NCBI GenBank assembly: GCA_964451455.1
Contig: CAYVHT010000001.1
Coordinates: forward strand, 1 to 54,146
DNA from: an uncultured archaeon
GTDB lineage: Archaea; Iainarchaeota; Iainarchaeia; JAADDC01
Length of the DNA: 54,146 nucleotides
Reading direction: 5' to 3'
The position numbers and the translations under genes were made by a program. Below, one piece after another: positions 28,528 to 37,207 of the stretch; position 1 is the first letter of the stretch, and each line of letters begins with the position of its first letter. Below the pieces are notes generated by a model, which saw only the letters and a list, made by a program, of their open reading frames with translations, had not been told where the DNA came from and made no database searches.

Positions 28528-28637
28528 CGGAAAGAAAAAGGAAGGAAACAATATAAAGAAAGACGCGTGCCTGCCTACCTTTTTAAAATCTCCCCGTCCA
28601 AACATCATAAGCCCGATGACTGGGTGGAGGTGCTTTT

Positions 28638-29006
28638 ATGGCAAAGAGCTACGTGAAGTTTGAAACACCACAGGAACTCGCGGACAAGATTCTTGAAGCG
28701 GTCCGCGTTGCCCATGAGACCGGGAGGGTAAGGATTGGAACCAACGAGACCACGAAGGCCGTGGAGCGCGGCCAGGCAAAGTTCGTGGTCATTGCCGAGG
28801 ACGTTGATCCTGAAGAGATTGTCATGCACATCCCGATCCTTTGTGAGGAGAAGGGCATTCCCTACAGTTACGTGCCCTCAAAGAAGGAGTTGGGCAACGC
28901 TGCAGGGATTGAGGTTTCCTCCGCCGCCGTTGCCATCGTGGACGCAGGCAAGGCGAAGGATCTGATCGCAGACATCGTCAAGCAGATTGAGAGCATTAAG
29001 AAGTGA
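28638..29006 (+). CDS. rpl7ae: Ribosomal protein L7Ae
   Basis: [10 protein letters not shown] ... [36 protein letters not shown]. Confidence 0.93.
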   Translation: MAKSYVKFETPQELADKILEAVRVAHETGRVRIGTNETTKAVERGQAKFVVIAEDVDPEEIVMHIPILCEEKGIPYSYVPSKKELGNAAGIEVSSAAVAIVDAGKAKDLIADIVKQIESIKK

Positions 29007-29011
29007 TCTCC

Positions 29012-29233
29012 ATGGCGGATGAAGATAGCGGCCGCGGGACGCCCGCAGAGGTCGTTGAGATCGTCGGATACACGGGTGTCCACGGCGAAGTGACGCAGGT
29101 CATGGTCAAGATCCTTGAGGGGCCAGAGAAAGGTAGAATCAAGAGAAGGAACGTCGTGGGGCCAGTGAAGGTCGGCGACATAGTCATACTGCTGTCCACG
29201 CGCCACGAGGCCAAGGAGATCAAGGCACGGTGA
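29012..29233 (+). CDS. rps28e: Ribosomal protein S28e
   Basis: [29 protein letters not shown] ... [15 protein letters not shown]. Confidence 0.9.
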   Translation: MADEDSGRGTPAEVVEIVGYTGVHGEVTQVMVKILEGPEKGRIKRRNVVGPVKVGDIVILLSTRHEAKEIKAR

Positions 29234-29445
29234 TGCAAATGGTGAAGTGTCACTTCTGCGGAAAGGAAATAGAGCCAGGAACGGGCATCAAGTACGTGCG
29301 CAACGACGGCAAAGAGTTCTGGTTCTGCTCCTCCAAGTGCTACAAGAACTTTATCAAACTGGGCCGCAACCCAAGAAAGGTCAAGTGGACAGAGGCGTAC
29401 AGAAAGGCAAAGATAGAAGAGGGTCGCGCACAGGCCCAGGCATAA
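29233..29445 (+). CDS. rpl24e: Ribosomal protein L24e
   Basis: [42 protein letters not shown] overlap with S28e. Confidence 0.9.
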   Translation: MQMVKCHFCGKEIEPGTGIKYVRNDGKEFWFCSSKCYKNFIKLGRNPRKVKWTEAYRKAKIEEGRAQAQA

Positions 29446-29468
29446 CCCCTCCCTTTTTATTATTCCCC
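29446..29468 (+). terminator. cccctccctttttattattcccc after the L24e stop (oligo-T terminator / A/T box)
   Basis: T5 run directly after the stop at 29445. Confidence 0.35.
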
Positions 29469-29493
29469 GCACGAATTCTGTTATAACTGAAAG

Positions 29494-30303
29494 GTGGTAA
29501 TCATGCCCGTCGTGTATCTGCCCAAGGAAGGAGACCGCAGAGAAATGTACAGAGAGCTTCTGGCACTGGCAAAGGAGCTCAGGGAGAAGTATGACATTAG
29601 ATTCTCCCGTGACGCAAAGGACGAGCTGGAAGCACTCTACGGCATAATGAAGGCACTTTACGAGATCACGAGGATGGAATGGGATGAGGAGCACAAGGCG
29701 AGCAAGAAGAAAAGAAGAAAGAGCAAGCCACTAAAGAAGGGCATTGAACGAACACTGCTCTTTGTCAAGCCCGACGGCGTTAGAAGAGGGCTCGTTGGTG
29801 AGATAATAAGCAGGATAGAGCGTGCCGGTCTGAAGATCATAGGACTAAAGATGGTTTGGCTGGGTGAAGACTGGGCCAAGAAGCACTATCCCGACGAGAT
29901 GGCGCCAAAGATTGGAGCTAAAGCAAAGAAGGCGTTCCTCGCGCAGGGCAAGGAGTTCCCCTGGACAGAGGAAGAGTATGGAAAAGCCATTCTCGAAGCG
30001 CTGAGACGCTACGTGACCAGCGCACCCATCGTTGCCATTGCTATCCAAGGTCCTCGCGCCATAAGCAAGGTGCGCGCCATGGTGGGAGACACTGCGCCCT
30101 CAAAGGCCGCCCCTGGAACAATACGCGGCGACTTCTCCTGCGACGACTACGAGTGGGCAGACGTTCAGACGAGAAGCATCTACAACGTGGTACACGCATC
30201 TGACAGCGAAGGTGCGGAGAGAGAGCTAAAGGAAATGTTCAGCGAGGACGAACTCTATCCAGACTACACGACGCTGTATGAAGAGCTACTGGGAGAGTTC
30301 TGA
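29494..30303 (+). CDS. ndk: Nucleoside diphosphate kinase with an ~85-aa N-terminal extension and internal insertions
   Basis: ERTLLFVKPDGVRRGLVGEIISRIERAGLKIIG, GTIRGDF, NVVHASDS (active-site His). 269 aa versus about 150 for the canonical enzyme. Confidence 0.85.
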   Translation: MVIMPVVYLPKEGDRREMYRELLALAKELREKYDIRFSRDAKDELEALYGIMKALYEITRMEWDEEHKASKKKRRKSKPLKKGIERTLLFVKPDGVRRGLVGEIISRIERAGLKIIGLKMVWLGEDWAKKHYPDEMAPKIGAKAKKAFLAQGKEFPWTEEEYGKAILEALRRYVTSAPIVAIAIQGPRAISKVRAMVGDTAPSKAAPGTIRGDFSCDDYEWADVQTRSIYNVVHASDSEGAERELKEMFSEDELYPDYTTLYEELLGEF

Positions 30304-30357
30304 GACCGCCATAAAAAGCCTTTCCCCCAAATTTTCTTATTCTATGAGGTGATTCTC

Positions 30358-32130
30358 ATGAAGATACGTCAGCCCATAGTCACCGTTCTCGGCCACGTGG
30401 ACCACGGAAAGACAACAATGCTAGACAAGATACGGAAGACCAGCGTCCAGCGAAAGGAAGCGGGAGGAATAACCCAGCACATAGGTGCAACGGAAGTGCC
30501 CATTGAAGTAATTGCAGAAATATCCAAGCCACTCGCGAAAATGTTCCCCGTTCAGTTCAAAATCCCGGGGCTCCTGTTCATTGACACGCCTGGACACGAG
30601 GCGTTCACAAACCTTAGAAAGCGCGGGGGAAGCATTGCAGACATTGCAGTTCTTGTCATAGATATCAACCAAGGCGTCCAACCACAAACGAAGGAAGCCA
30701 TAGAGATCCTTAAAACATACCGCGTGCCCTTTATCGTGGCAGCGAACAAGGTAGATGCAATTACCGGATGGAACAGTATGGAGAACGCCCCGATATCCGA
30801 ATCTTTGAAGAAGCAAAGACCGGACGTGCTAGCAGAGCTAGACGCTAAGATATATCAGCTCGTGGGGCAGCTAGCCGAATTTGGCTTCGATTCTGACCGA
30901 TTTGACAGAGTAACAGACGTAACAAAGCAGGTCCTCATCATCCCCACGTCAGGAAGAACAGGAGAGGGCATTCCGGAGCTATTGCTGTACTTAGCAGGGC
31001 TATCACAGAAATACCTAGAAAGGCGGCTAGAAATTGACGAGAATGCCCCGGGCAAAGGCGTTGTCCTTGAAATAAAGGAAGAAACTGGCGTTGGAACCAC
31101 GCTCACAACAATAGTCTACGACGGAGTGATGAGAAGGGGCGACACTATAGTCTTTGGGACAAAGAACGGACCAAAAACGACCCGCATTCGCGCGCTTCTG
31201 AAACCGAAGCCGTTGGATGAGATACGGACGCCAAGAGACAAGTTTAGAAACGTCGAAGAGGTGCACGCAGCAGCAGGTGTAAAGATAGCGGCACCAGACA
31301 TAGATGATGCAATTCCAGGAGCTCCTATTATCGTCGTACGCAGCAAAGAGGACGAGGAAAAGGCAAAGGAGCAGGTGAGCAGAGAGCTGGCGAGCATCAG
31401 CTTTGAAACTGACGAGATAGGACTTATCGTGAAAGCGGACACGCTAGGAAGCTTGGAAGCGCTAGTAGGAATACTCAGAGCGCACGGATACCCAGTAAAG
31501 AAAGCTGAGATAGGGAACGTGAGCAAGCACGACGTGGTGGAAGCTGACGTTGTCCGTCAGCGAGACAGGTACCTAGGCGTCATCATTGCATTCAATGTGG
31601 CCATGGAACCGGGCGTAGAGGAAGAGGCTGCGCGCCTGAACGTTCCCATAATCCAAGAACAGGTGATTTACCGTATAATGGAGCGCTACGAGCAGTGGAG
31701 AGAAGAGGAGCGCGAAAGGGAGAAACGAGAAAAGCTGTCTAAGCTCATACTGCCGGGCAAATTCCAGATACTGGAGGGATACGTGTTCAGAAGAAGCGAT
31801 CCTGCGATCGTAGGCGTCAAGGTGCTTGGCGGGGTCATTAGGGCGAAATGGCCAGTGATGCGCGAAGATGGAAAGGTAATAGGAACGATAAAGGGCATGC
31901 AAAAGGACAAGAAGAGCGTGGAGGAAGCGCACGCAGGTGATGAGCTCGCCGTGGCAATACAGGGGCCACTGGTAGGCAGGCACGTGTTTGAGGGAGACAT
32001 CCTATACACAGCAGTTCCCAGCGAACACGCGCGGGAGATTCTGCGTAACAGGCACCTGGTGCCCGACGAGTACGTAGAAGTCTTGCAAGAGATTATAGAA
32101 ATAAAGCGCAAAGCAGGAGAGGAAGAGTGA
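30358..32130 (+). CDS. infB: Translation initiation factor aIF5B (IF2 homolog)
   Basis: [22 protein letters not shown]-motifs. No intein-sized insertion. GAGGTGA SD before ATG 30358. Confidence 0.93.
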   Translation: MKIRQPIVTVLGHVDHGKTTMLDKIRKTSVQRKEAGGITQHIGATEVPIEVIAEISKPLAKMFPVQFKIPGLLFIDTPGHEAFTNLRKRGGSIADIAVLVIDINQGVQPQTKEAIEILKTYRVPFIVAANKVDAITGWNSMENAPISESLKKQRPDVLAELDAKIYQLVGQLAEFGFDSDRFDRVTDVTKQVLIIPTSGRTGEGIPELLLYLAGLSQKYLERRLEIDENAPGKGVVLEIKEETGVGTTLTTIVYDGVMRRGDTIVFGTKNGPKTTRIRALLKPKPLDEIRTPRDKFRNVEEVHAAAGVKIAAPDIDDAIPGAPIIVVRSKEDEEKAKEQVSRELASISFETDEIGLIVKADTLGSLEALVGILRAHGYPVKKAEIGNVSKHDVVEADVVRQRDRYLGVIIAFNVAMEPGVEEEAARLNVPIIQEQVIYRIMERYEQWREEEREREKREKLSKLILPGKFQILEGYVFRRSDPAIVGVKVLGGVIRAKWPVMREDGKVIGTIKGMQKDKKSVEEAHAGDELAVAIQGPLVGRHVFEGDILYTAVPSEHAREILRNRHLVPDEYVEVLQEIIEIKRKAGEEE

Positions 32131-32175
32131 GCATTTAAAACGTTCCCTGAACAATCGTAAGTAGGAGGGATAGGC

Positions 32176-32577
32176 ATGAAACTCGTCATCTCAGACCCCA
32201 AGACTGGCAAGGCATACCAGAAGGAGATTAGCGACGCAGAAGCAGAGGCACTCTATGGTAAGAAAATAGGAGACGAAGTGGATCTCAGGCCCTTTGGACT
32301 CTCCGGCTACGTGGCAGTCATACGTGGCGGTACAGACAACGCTGGATTCCCCATGAGGCCAGACGTCCACGGAACAGGCCACAAAAGAGTGCTAATAGGG
32401 AGCGGCGTAGGAATACGTAAGAGCTCGATCAAATATAAGGGAGAAAGAAGAAGGAAGACGGTCCGCGGAAACACAGTGGCAGAAGACATTGCCCAGCTGA
32501 ATCTCAAGATTGTCAAGTACGGAAACAAACCCCTGGAGGAGATATTCGGTGGTGAAGGAGAAGCCCAAGCAAGCTGA
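32176..32577 (+). CDS. rps6e: Ribosomal protein S6e
   Basis: MKLVISDPKTGKAYQKEI ... GGTDNAGFPMR. Confidence 0.9.
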   Translation: MKLVISDPKTGKAYQKEISDAEAEALYGKKIGDEVDLRPFGLSGYVAVIRGGTDNAGFPMRPDVHGTGHKRVLIGSGVGIRKSSIKYKGERRRKTVRGNTVAEDIAQLNLKIVKYGNKPLEEIFGGEGEAQAS

Positions 32578-33739
32578 AGTCAACATAGGCATGATAGGGC
32601 ACGTTGACCACGGAAAAACTACTCTTACATATGCGCTTACTGGGCAGTGGACAGACACACACTCGGAAGAACTGAAGAGAGGCATATCCATACGCTTGGG
32701 ATATGCAGATGCCATATTCTCCAAGATTCCCGGAAAGGAGCCACCAGAGGCGTACACCACTGGATTCTCCCCCGACTGGGAGGTGCTTAGAAGAGTCTCA
32801 TTCGTAGACGCACCAGGGCACGAAACGCTTCTCGCAGTGATGCTCTCCGGCGCCGCGATTATGGACGGTGCTGTGCTGGTTATCGCGGCAAATGAACCAT
32901 GTCCTCAACCACAAACAGAGGAACACCTTCTAGCCCTGGCAGCAACGGGCCAGAAGAACATCGTCGTGGCACAGAACAAAGTGGACCTCGTTTCAAAGGA
33001 AGACGCCTTAAAAAACGCGGAGCAAATACGCGCATTCCTGAAGGAGTATGGCTACGAGGATGTCCCCATCATCCCAACGTCCGCGCACCACAAGATAAAC
33101 GTGGATGCACTCATAGAAGCGATGGAAGTGTTCATACCCACACCAAAGCGCGACGAATCCAAACCATTCCGCATGTGGGTGGCCCGCTCCTTTGACGTGA
33201 ACAAACCGGGCACACCCCCAGAGGAGCTGAAGGGCGCAGTGCTCGGGGGGAGCATAGAGCAGGGTGTTGTGCGCGTGGGCGACGAGATAGAAGTCTCCCC
33301 AGGCCCCACGGGCGAACCCATCGTCACAGAGGTTGTATCGCTATCCTCTGGAGATTCCATTCTAGAAGAAGCACACCCCGGTGGACTCGTAGCGATAGGG
33401 ACAGAGGTTGACCCAGTATATGCCAAGGGAGACAAGATGAAAGGACAGATAATAGCAAAACCCGGCACACTTCCAGAACCGACAACAGAGTTCACCATGG
33501 AATACTTCCCGCTAGAGAGGAAAATACAGAAGGTGCCCAACGAACCCTTCAGATTCCAAGAAATGATTGCAATGGCTGTTGGGACAATGCCCGCAGCGGG
33601 ACTGGTAGTTTCCGCCAAGAGCGACGAGCTTACAGTGAAGACAAAGAAACCGATCACAGTACCCGAAGGAACGAAAATAGCAATCAGCAGAAAGATAGGC
33701 AACAGGTGGAGACTCGTTGGCTACGGTGTGGCCAGATGA
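32549..33739 (+). CDS. eif2g: Translation initiation factor aIF2 gamma subunit
   Basis: [29 protein letters not shown] 32549/32552 follows GGAGGAG SD inside the S6e 3' end. Confidence 0.92.
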   Translation: MVKEKPKQAEVNIGMIGHVDHGKTTLTYALTGQWTDTHSEELKRGISIRLGYADAIFSKIPGKEPPEAYTTGFSPDWEVLRRVSFVDAPGHETLLAVMLSGAAIMDGAVLVIAANEPCPQPQTEEHLLALAATGQKNIVVAQNKVDLVSKEDALKNAEQIRAFLKEYGYEDVPIIPTSAHHKINVDALIEAMEVFIPTPKRDESKPFRMWVARSFDVNKPGTPPEELKGAVLGGSIEQGVVRVGDEIEVSPGPTGEPIVTEVVSLSSGDSILEEAHPGGLVAIGTEVDPVYAKGDKMKGQIIAKPGTLPEPTTEFTMEYFPLERKIQKVPNEPFRFQEMIAMAVGTMPAAGLVVSAKSDELTVKTKKPITVPEGTKIAISRKIGNRWRLVGYGVAR

Positions 33740-34110
33740 GGCCCATCGTAGTTCTTGACACAAACATGCTCCTTGTCCCTTTTCAGTTTGGCGTGGATGT
33801 GATCTCTGAAGTGGAGCGAATTCTACCCGGAGCACAGCTTTATATTCTTAGGGGAACGATAAGAGAGTTGGATAAAGTAGCAAAGCAAGGTGTGAAAGAA
33901 AAGAAATATGCCCTTCTAGCCAAGAAGCTCATAGAGGTAAACCACATAGGCATAATAGAAAGGGACGGACCCGTGGACAGGGAGCTTGTGGAAATAGCAA
34001 AAAGAGGGGCCTACGTAGCTACCAACGACAGAGAGCTCAGAAGAAAAATTAGAGAAGCAGGAGGACATACAATATTTCTGAGGGAGAAGAACAGGCTGGA
34101 TATGGACTAG
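33736..34110 (+). CDS. PIN-domain protein (Fcf1/Utp24-like, COG1412)
   Basis: MRPIVVLDTNMLL ... YVATNDRELRRKI. ATGA overlap with aIF2gamma. Conserved neighbourhood. Confidence 0.8.
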   Translation: MRPIVVLDTNMLLVPFQFGVDVISEVERILPGAQLYILRGTIRELDKVAKQGVKEKKYALLAKKLIEVNHIGIIERDGPVDRELVEIAKRGAYVATNDRELRRKIREAGGHTIFLREKNRLDMD

Positions 34111-34586
34111 TTGGCTGAAACAACAGTCGTAGCAGGATTGCATTCATCGCAGTCAAGAGTTAGCGTATAGGTAGAGGGCGTTGCAGAGGCCGTAACGCAA
34201 AGAGAACAAGGACTCGGACCGAAAGCACCAGTACACGTCCCGTTGAATTCCGTAAAGCTGCCTAAGCTACCAATAGCAGAAGTGATGGATAGGACGGGAT
34301 GGTGATATGCAAATTGATCCTGTGAGCGAACAAAAACGCAAAATTGGTACGCATTTGAACCAACAGAAACTGCAGATGCTGAAAGAGATATCTCATGCTT
34401 TGTTTGCACGAAGGCATCGGAAGAAGAGCCCTGTACGATACCCTGCTCTGAAACTGACATTGCAAATCGGAAAAGGGCTACGGCAACAGCCACCCCGATG
34501 ACCACAAGCACTAAATCCTCTACAACAGGGCTAACACCGCGCACGCTGAAATAACGCGGCCACAATCTTAAAGGTTTCGCATACAT
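34107..34586 (-). CDS. Archaeal type IV pilin-like protein (class III signal peptide), Cys-rich C-terminus
   Basis: RGVSPVVEDLVLVVIGVAVAVALF resembles the archaeal pilin (DUF1628-type) RG|VSPV prepilin motif. Start set to ATG 34586. Confidence 0.55.
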   Translation of the reverse strand: MYAKPLRLWPRYFSVRGVSPVVEDLVLVVIGVAVAVALFRFAMSVSEQGIVQGSSSDAFVQTKHEISLSASAVSVGSNAYQFCVFVRSQDQFAYHHPVLSITSAIGSLGSFTEFNGTCTGAFGPSPCSLCVTASATPSTYTLTLDCDECNPATTVVSAN

Positions 34587-34620
34587 ATTCCTGTATAGAC
34601 CCAAAAGGGGTGCATGATTC

Positions 34621-35184
34621 ATGTTTTACAGGTACACCATTAGGGACACGGTGCGCGTGCCGCCCAACCGCCTGCAAGGCGATCTAAAAGAGGTGGTACG
34701 CGAGGAGCTAAGAAAGACGTATGAGGGCACCGTGGACGAGGATCTGGGCGTGATACTTGCGATTACAAACATAAAGGAGATCGGAGAGGGAAAAATAATA
34801 TGGGGCGACGGCGGAGTATACGTGGATACTGTGTTTGACGCACTAGCATATATACCGCTCGTCCAAGAAGTCGTGGATGGATACGTCACAGATATTACTG
34901 AGTTCGGAGCATTCGTGCGTGTTGGGCCCATGGATGGCCTTGTGCACGTCTCCCAGGTGATGGACGACTTCGTACGCTACGATCCGTCGATTCCTGCGTT
35001 CATAGGGAAAGAAACAGAGCGAGTGCTAAAGATAGAGGACAACGTTCGCGCAAGGATCGTTACGGTCGCCATGAGAAACTCCATAGCAGACACCAAGATT
35101 GGTATGACTATGAGACAGCCAGGGCTTGGCAAGTGGGAGTGGATAGAGGCTGAGAAGAAGGCAGCACAGGAGGCGAGCGAATAA
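34621..35184 (+). CDS. rpo7: RNA polymerase subunit Rpo7 (E')
   Basis: MFYRYTIRDTVRVPPNRL... N-domain plus S1 domain (GYVTDITEFGAFVRVGPMDGLVHVSQ). Confidence 0.9.
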   Translation: MFYRYTIRDTVRVPPNRLQGDLKEVVREELRKTYEGTVDEDLGVILAITNIKEIGEGKIIWGDGGVYVDTVFDALAYIPLVQEVVDGYVTDITEFGAFVRVGPMDGLVHVSQVMDDFVRYDPSIPAFIGKETERVLKIEDNVRARIVTVAMRNSIADTKIGMTMRQPGLGKWEWIEAEKKAAQEASE

Positions 35185-35387
35185 TGGCAAAGGTCGTGTA
35201 CAAAGCATGCAGGAACTGCAGATACCTCGTGGAATCCCACGTGGACAAATGCCCAAACTGCGGGGGAACAGATTTCACGAAGCTCTGGAGGGGCTACGTG
35301 ATCGTCGTGGATCCTGCGAACTCCGCAGTGGCAAAGCTCATAGATGCAAAGATCCCTGGACCCTACGCTATAAAGATGGCAAGGTGA
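35184..35387 (+). CDS. spt4: Transcription elongation factor Spt4 (RpoE'')
   Basis: Zinc ribbon CRNC...CPNC. WRGYVIVVDP. TAATG junction with rpo7. Confidence 0.88.
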   Translation: MAKVVYKACRNCRYLVESHVDKCPNCGGTDFTKLWRGYVIVVDPANSAVAKLIDAKIPGPYAIKMAR

Positions 35388-35391
35388 TGGC

Positions 35392-35703
35392 ATGAACATC
35401 GTGGTCGAGTCAAAAAGGGAGAACAAGCTCCTTGGGAGAACGGAGATGTATGTTCGGGTGAAGACTAACGCACCCATCACGCGCAAAGAGCTCAAAACGC
35501 GGCTCGCGGCAGAGCTCGGTGTGGATGAGAGCCTTATTATCGTGGATAAGATGAAAACGATCACAGGCAGCACAGACATGGAGGCATTCGTCAAGATATA
35601 CGAGGACGAAGAGCACCTGAACAAGATAGAGCCCAAGTACATGATTGAGCGCAACAAGGTGGTGGAGAATGGCAACGAAGGGGAAGCCGAGTCACAAGTA
35701 TAA
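35392..35703 (+). CDS. rps24e: Ribosomal protein S24e
   Basis: [14 protein letters not shown] ... [24 protein letters not shown]. Confidence 0.9.
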   Translation: MNIVVESKRENKLLGRTEMYVRVKTNAPITRKELKTRLAAELGVDESLIIVDKMKTITGSTDMEAFVKIYEDEEHLNKIEPKYMIERNKVVENGNEGEAESQV

Positions 35704-35842
35704 GAAGTACAAAGTAGAAGATGGCAAGCTCGTCCGACTTGGGAAGACTTGCCCAAAGTGCGGGCCCGGCGTATTCCTCGCAGACCACGGGGATCGCTGG
35801 CACTGCGGCCGCTGCGGCTACACCGAGTTTAAGAAGCAGTGA
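35669..35842 (+). CDS. rps27ae: Ribosomal protein S27ae
   Basis: [45 protein letters not shown] zinc ribbon. Overlaps the S24e 3' end. Confidence 0.88.
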   Translation: MATKGKPSHKYKKYKVEDGKLVRLGKTCPKCGPGVFLADHGDRWHCGRCGYTEFKKQ

Positions 35843-35872
35843 ATTTTTATCCACCCTTATTCATATTCTTTC

Positions 35873-36868
35873 GTGATCGTCCTAGGCATAGAGTCCACTG
35901 CACACACCTTTGGAGTGGGAATAGTGGACAGTAAGGGACACATACTGGCAGATCAGCGCATACAACATCGCCCGAAAGAAGGAGGGATACGACCAAGGGA
36001 CGCAGCACAGATGATGAGTGAACACGGTGCAGAGATTGTGAAAAGAGCGTTAGATGAAGCAAACATTAACATGAAAGACGTTGACGCGGTTGCATTCGCC
36101 ATGGGGCCGGGCCTAGGACCGTGCCTGAGAACTGGGGCAATCGTAGCCCGTTTTCTCGCAAAGAAGTACAACAAACCGCTAGTAGGCGTAAACCACTGCA
36201 TAGCACACATAGAGATAGGAAAGCTTGTCCAGCAGCTCCAAGACCCTCTAGTCGTATACCTTTCCGGCGCAAACACACAAATAATAGCCCTTGCCAATGG
36301 CAGATACCGCATATTCGGAGAGACCCTCGATATAGGCCTCGGAAACCTTCTAGACTCATGGGGGCGCGCAGTTGGGATTCCATTTCCTGCTGGGCCAAAG
36401 ATAGAGGAACTGGCAAAAAAGGGCAAAAAATTTATACCACTGCCGTACACAGTCAAAGGCTCGGACTTAGCGTTCTCGGGGCTATACACCGCGGCGGTGA
36501 GGGCAACGGAGAAGCACGACATTGCAGACGTGGCATACTCACTCCAGGAAGTGGCGTTCTCAATGGTCGCAGAGGTAGCAGAACGCGCGCTTGCCCACAC
36601 AGAGAAGGAAGAAGTGCTCCTCGTAGGCGGAGTGGCGGCAAACAAACGCCTTCAGGAAATCATGCGCATTATGGCAGAGGGGCACGGGGCATCTCTACAC
36701 GTTGTTCCCATGAAATACGCTGCGGACAACGGGGTTATGATCGCGTGGACGGGCCTGCTTATGTATAGCGCGGGAATCACTATGCCACTCTCCACGCCCA
36801 TCAATCCCAAGTTCAGAACGGATCAAGTCGACGTGATTTGGGCAGATTCTGAAAATCCAGACGCATAA
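35873..36868 (+). CDS. kae1: tRNA N6-adenosine threonylcarbamoyltransferase Kae1 (stand-alone, not fused to Bud32)
   Basis: IVLGIESTAHTFGVGIV, VNHCIAHIE metal-binding His pair, GGVAANKRL. GTG start. Confidence 0.92.
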   Translation: MIVLGIESTAHTFGVGIVDSKGHILADQRIQHRPKEGGIRPRDAAQMMSEHGAEIVKRALDEANINMKDVDAVAFAMGPGLGPCLRTGAIVARFLAKKYNKPLVGVNHCIAHIEIGKLVQQLQDPLVVYLSGANTQIIALANGRYRIFGETLDIGLGNLLDSWGRAVGIPFPAGPKIEELAKKGKKFIPLPYTVKGSDLAFSGLYTAAVRATEKHDIADVAYSLQEVAFSMVAEVAERALAHTEKEEVLLVGGVAANKRLQEIMRIMAEGHGASLHVVPMKYAADNGVMIAWTGLLMYSAGITMPLSTPINPKFRTDQVDVIWADSENPDA

Positions 36869-36873
36869 AAAGG

Positions 36874-36908
36874 ATTGTGTGGTCGGTTGCGGAGCAACCG
36901 GCCTCGCG
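36874..36908 (-). repeat. 35-nt hairpin repeat, copy 1 (attgtgtggtcGGTTGCggaGCAACCggcctcgcg as written on +)
   Basis: 34/35 identical to 45765-45799. 24 nt identical (reverse complement) to 51272-51295. Contains a 6-bp stem with a 3-nt loop. Confidence 0.85.
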
Positions 36909-36931
36909 GCTCGCCAGTCGCGTATCGGCCA
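36905..36931. repeat. 27-nt imperfect direct repeat, left copy (cgcggctcgccagtcgcgtatcggcca)
   Basis: Matches 37021-37047 (cgcggctcgttggccgcgtatcggcca). The last 13 nt are identical. Confidence 0.8.
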
Positions 36932-36959
36932 GCCGCCGTCCCGGCTGGCGTGAGTGTGA

Positions 36960-36988
36960 GTGGGGCATTCGCTTACGCTTAGCCCCAC
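36960..36988 (+). other. Hairpin GTGGGGC-(attcgcttacgctta)-GCCCCAC with a conserved loop
   Basis: The loop is nearly identical to the loop of hairpin 51228-51253, while the stems are unrelated. Confidence 0.6.
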
Positions 36989-37020
36989 GCCCGATGTGCG
37001 TCTGGTCGGAAGACCAGACC

Positions 37021-37047
37021 CGCGGCTCGTTGGCCGCGTATCGGCCA
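37021..37047. repeat. 27-nt imperfect direct repeat, right copy, abutting the tRNA-Ser 3' end
   Basis: See 36905-36931. Its last 17 nt also form the tRNA-Ser trailer hairpin. Confidence 0.8.
37031..37047 (-). other. tRNA 3'-trailer hairpin TGGCCG-atacg-CGGCCA
   Basis: 6-bp stem starting immediately after the tRNA-Ser discriminator. Confidence 0.5.
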
Positions 37048-37130
37048 CGCCGGGGCTGGGATTCGAACCCAGGCGGGGTTTCCCCCATCGGATCTCGAGT
37101 CCGACGCCTTGACCTCTCGGCCACCCCGGC
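37048..37130 (-). tRNA. tRNA-Ser (anticodon CGA), class II, no intron
   Basis: The reverse complement folds as GCCGGGG-TG-GCCGAGAGGTCAAGGC-G-TCGGA-CTCGAGA-TCCGA-long variable arm-CTGGG-TTCGAAT-CCCAG-CCCCGGC-G. Confidence 0.9.
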
Positions 37131-37181
37131 GCGGAAGATACGACACAGGGCCTGCGCAGCAAGGAAAAAAGAACTAAAGCG

Positions 37182-37188
37182 TTTAAAA
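37182..37188. promoter_or_regulatory. Palindromic TTTAAA(A) box between divergent tRNA-Ser and the GT2 gene
   Basis: 26 nt upstream of GTG 37208 (leaderless GT2). About 52-57 nt from the tRNA-Ser 5' end on the other strand. Confidence 0.4.
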
Positions 37189-37207
37189 TGAAAGATCGTA
37201 TTAGATC

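Noticed and set aside
25553-28656. Series of plus-strand ORFs (up to 274 aa) inside the smc gene
   Set aside because: They are antisense to a full-length SMC with all ATPase motifs. Their leucine/serine-rich translations are what the reverse complement of coiled-coil codons (E/K/L rich) would produce.
36877-37191. 104-aa ORF sharing the peptide VWSVAEQPASR with ORF 45687-45953 (and related frames at 45724-45981 and 51081-51293), which at first looked like a conserved small protein
   Set aside because: The shared peptide is just the translation of the 35-nt nucleotide repeat. The ORFs run straight through tRNA genes on the opposite strand, and similarity stops at the repeat edges.
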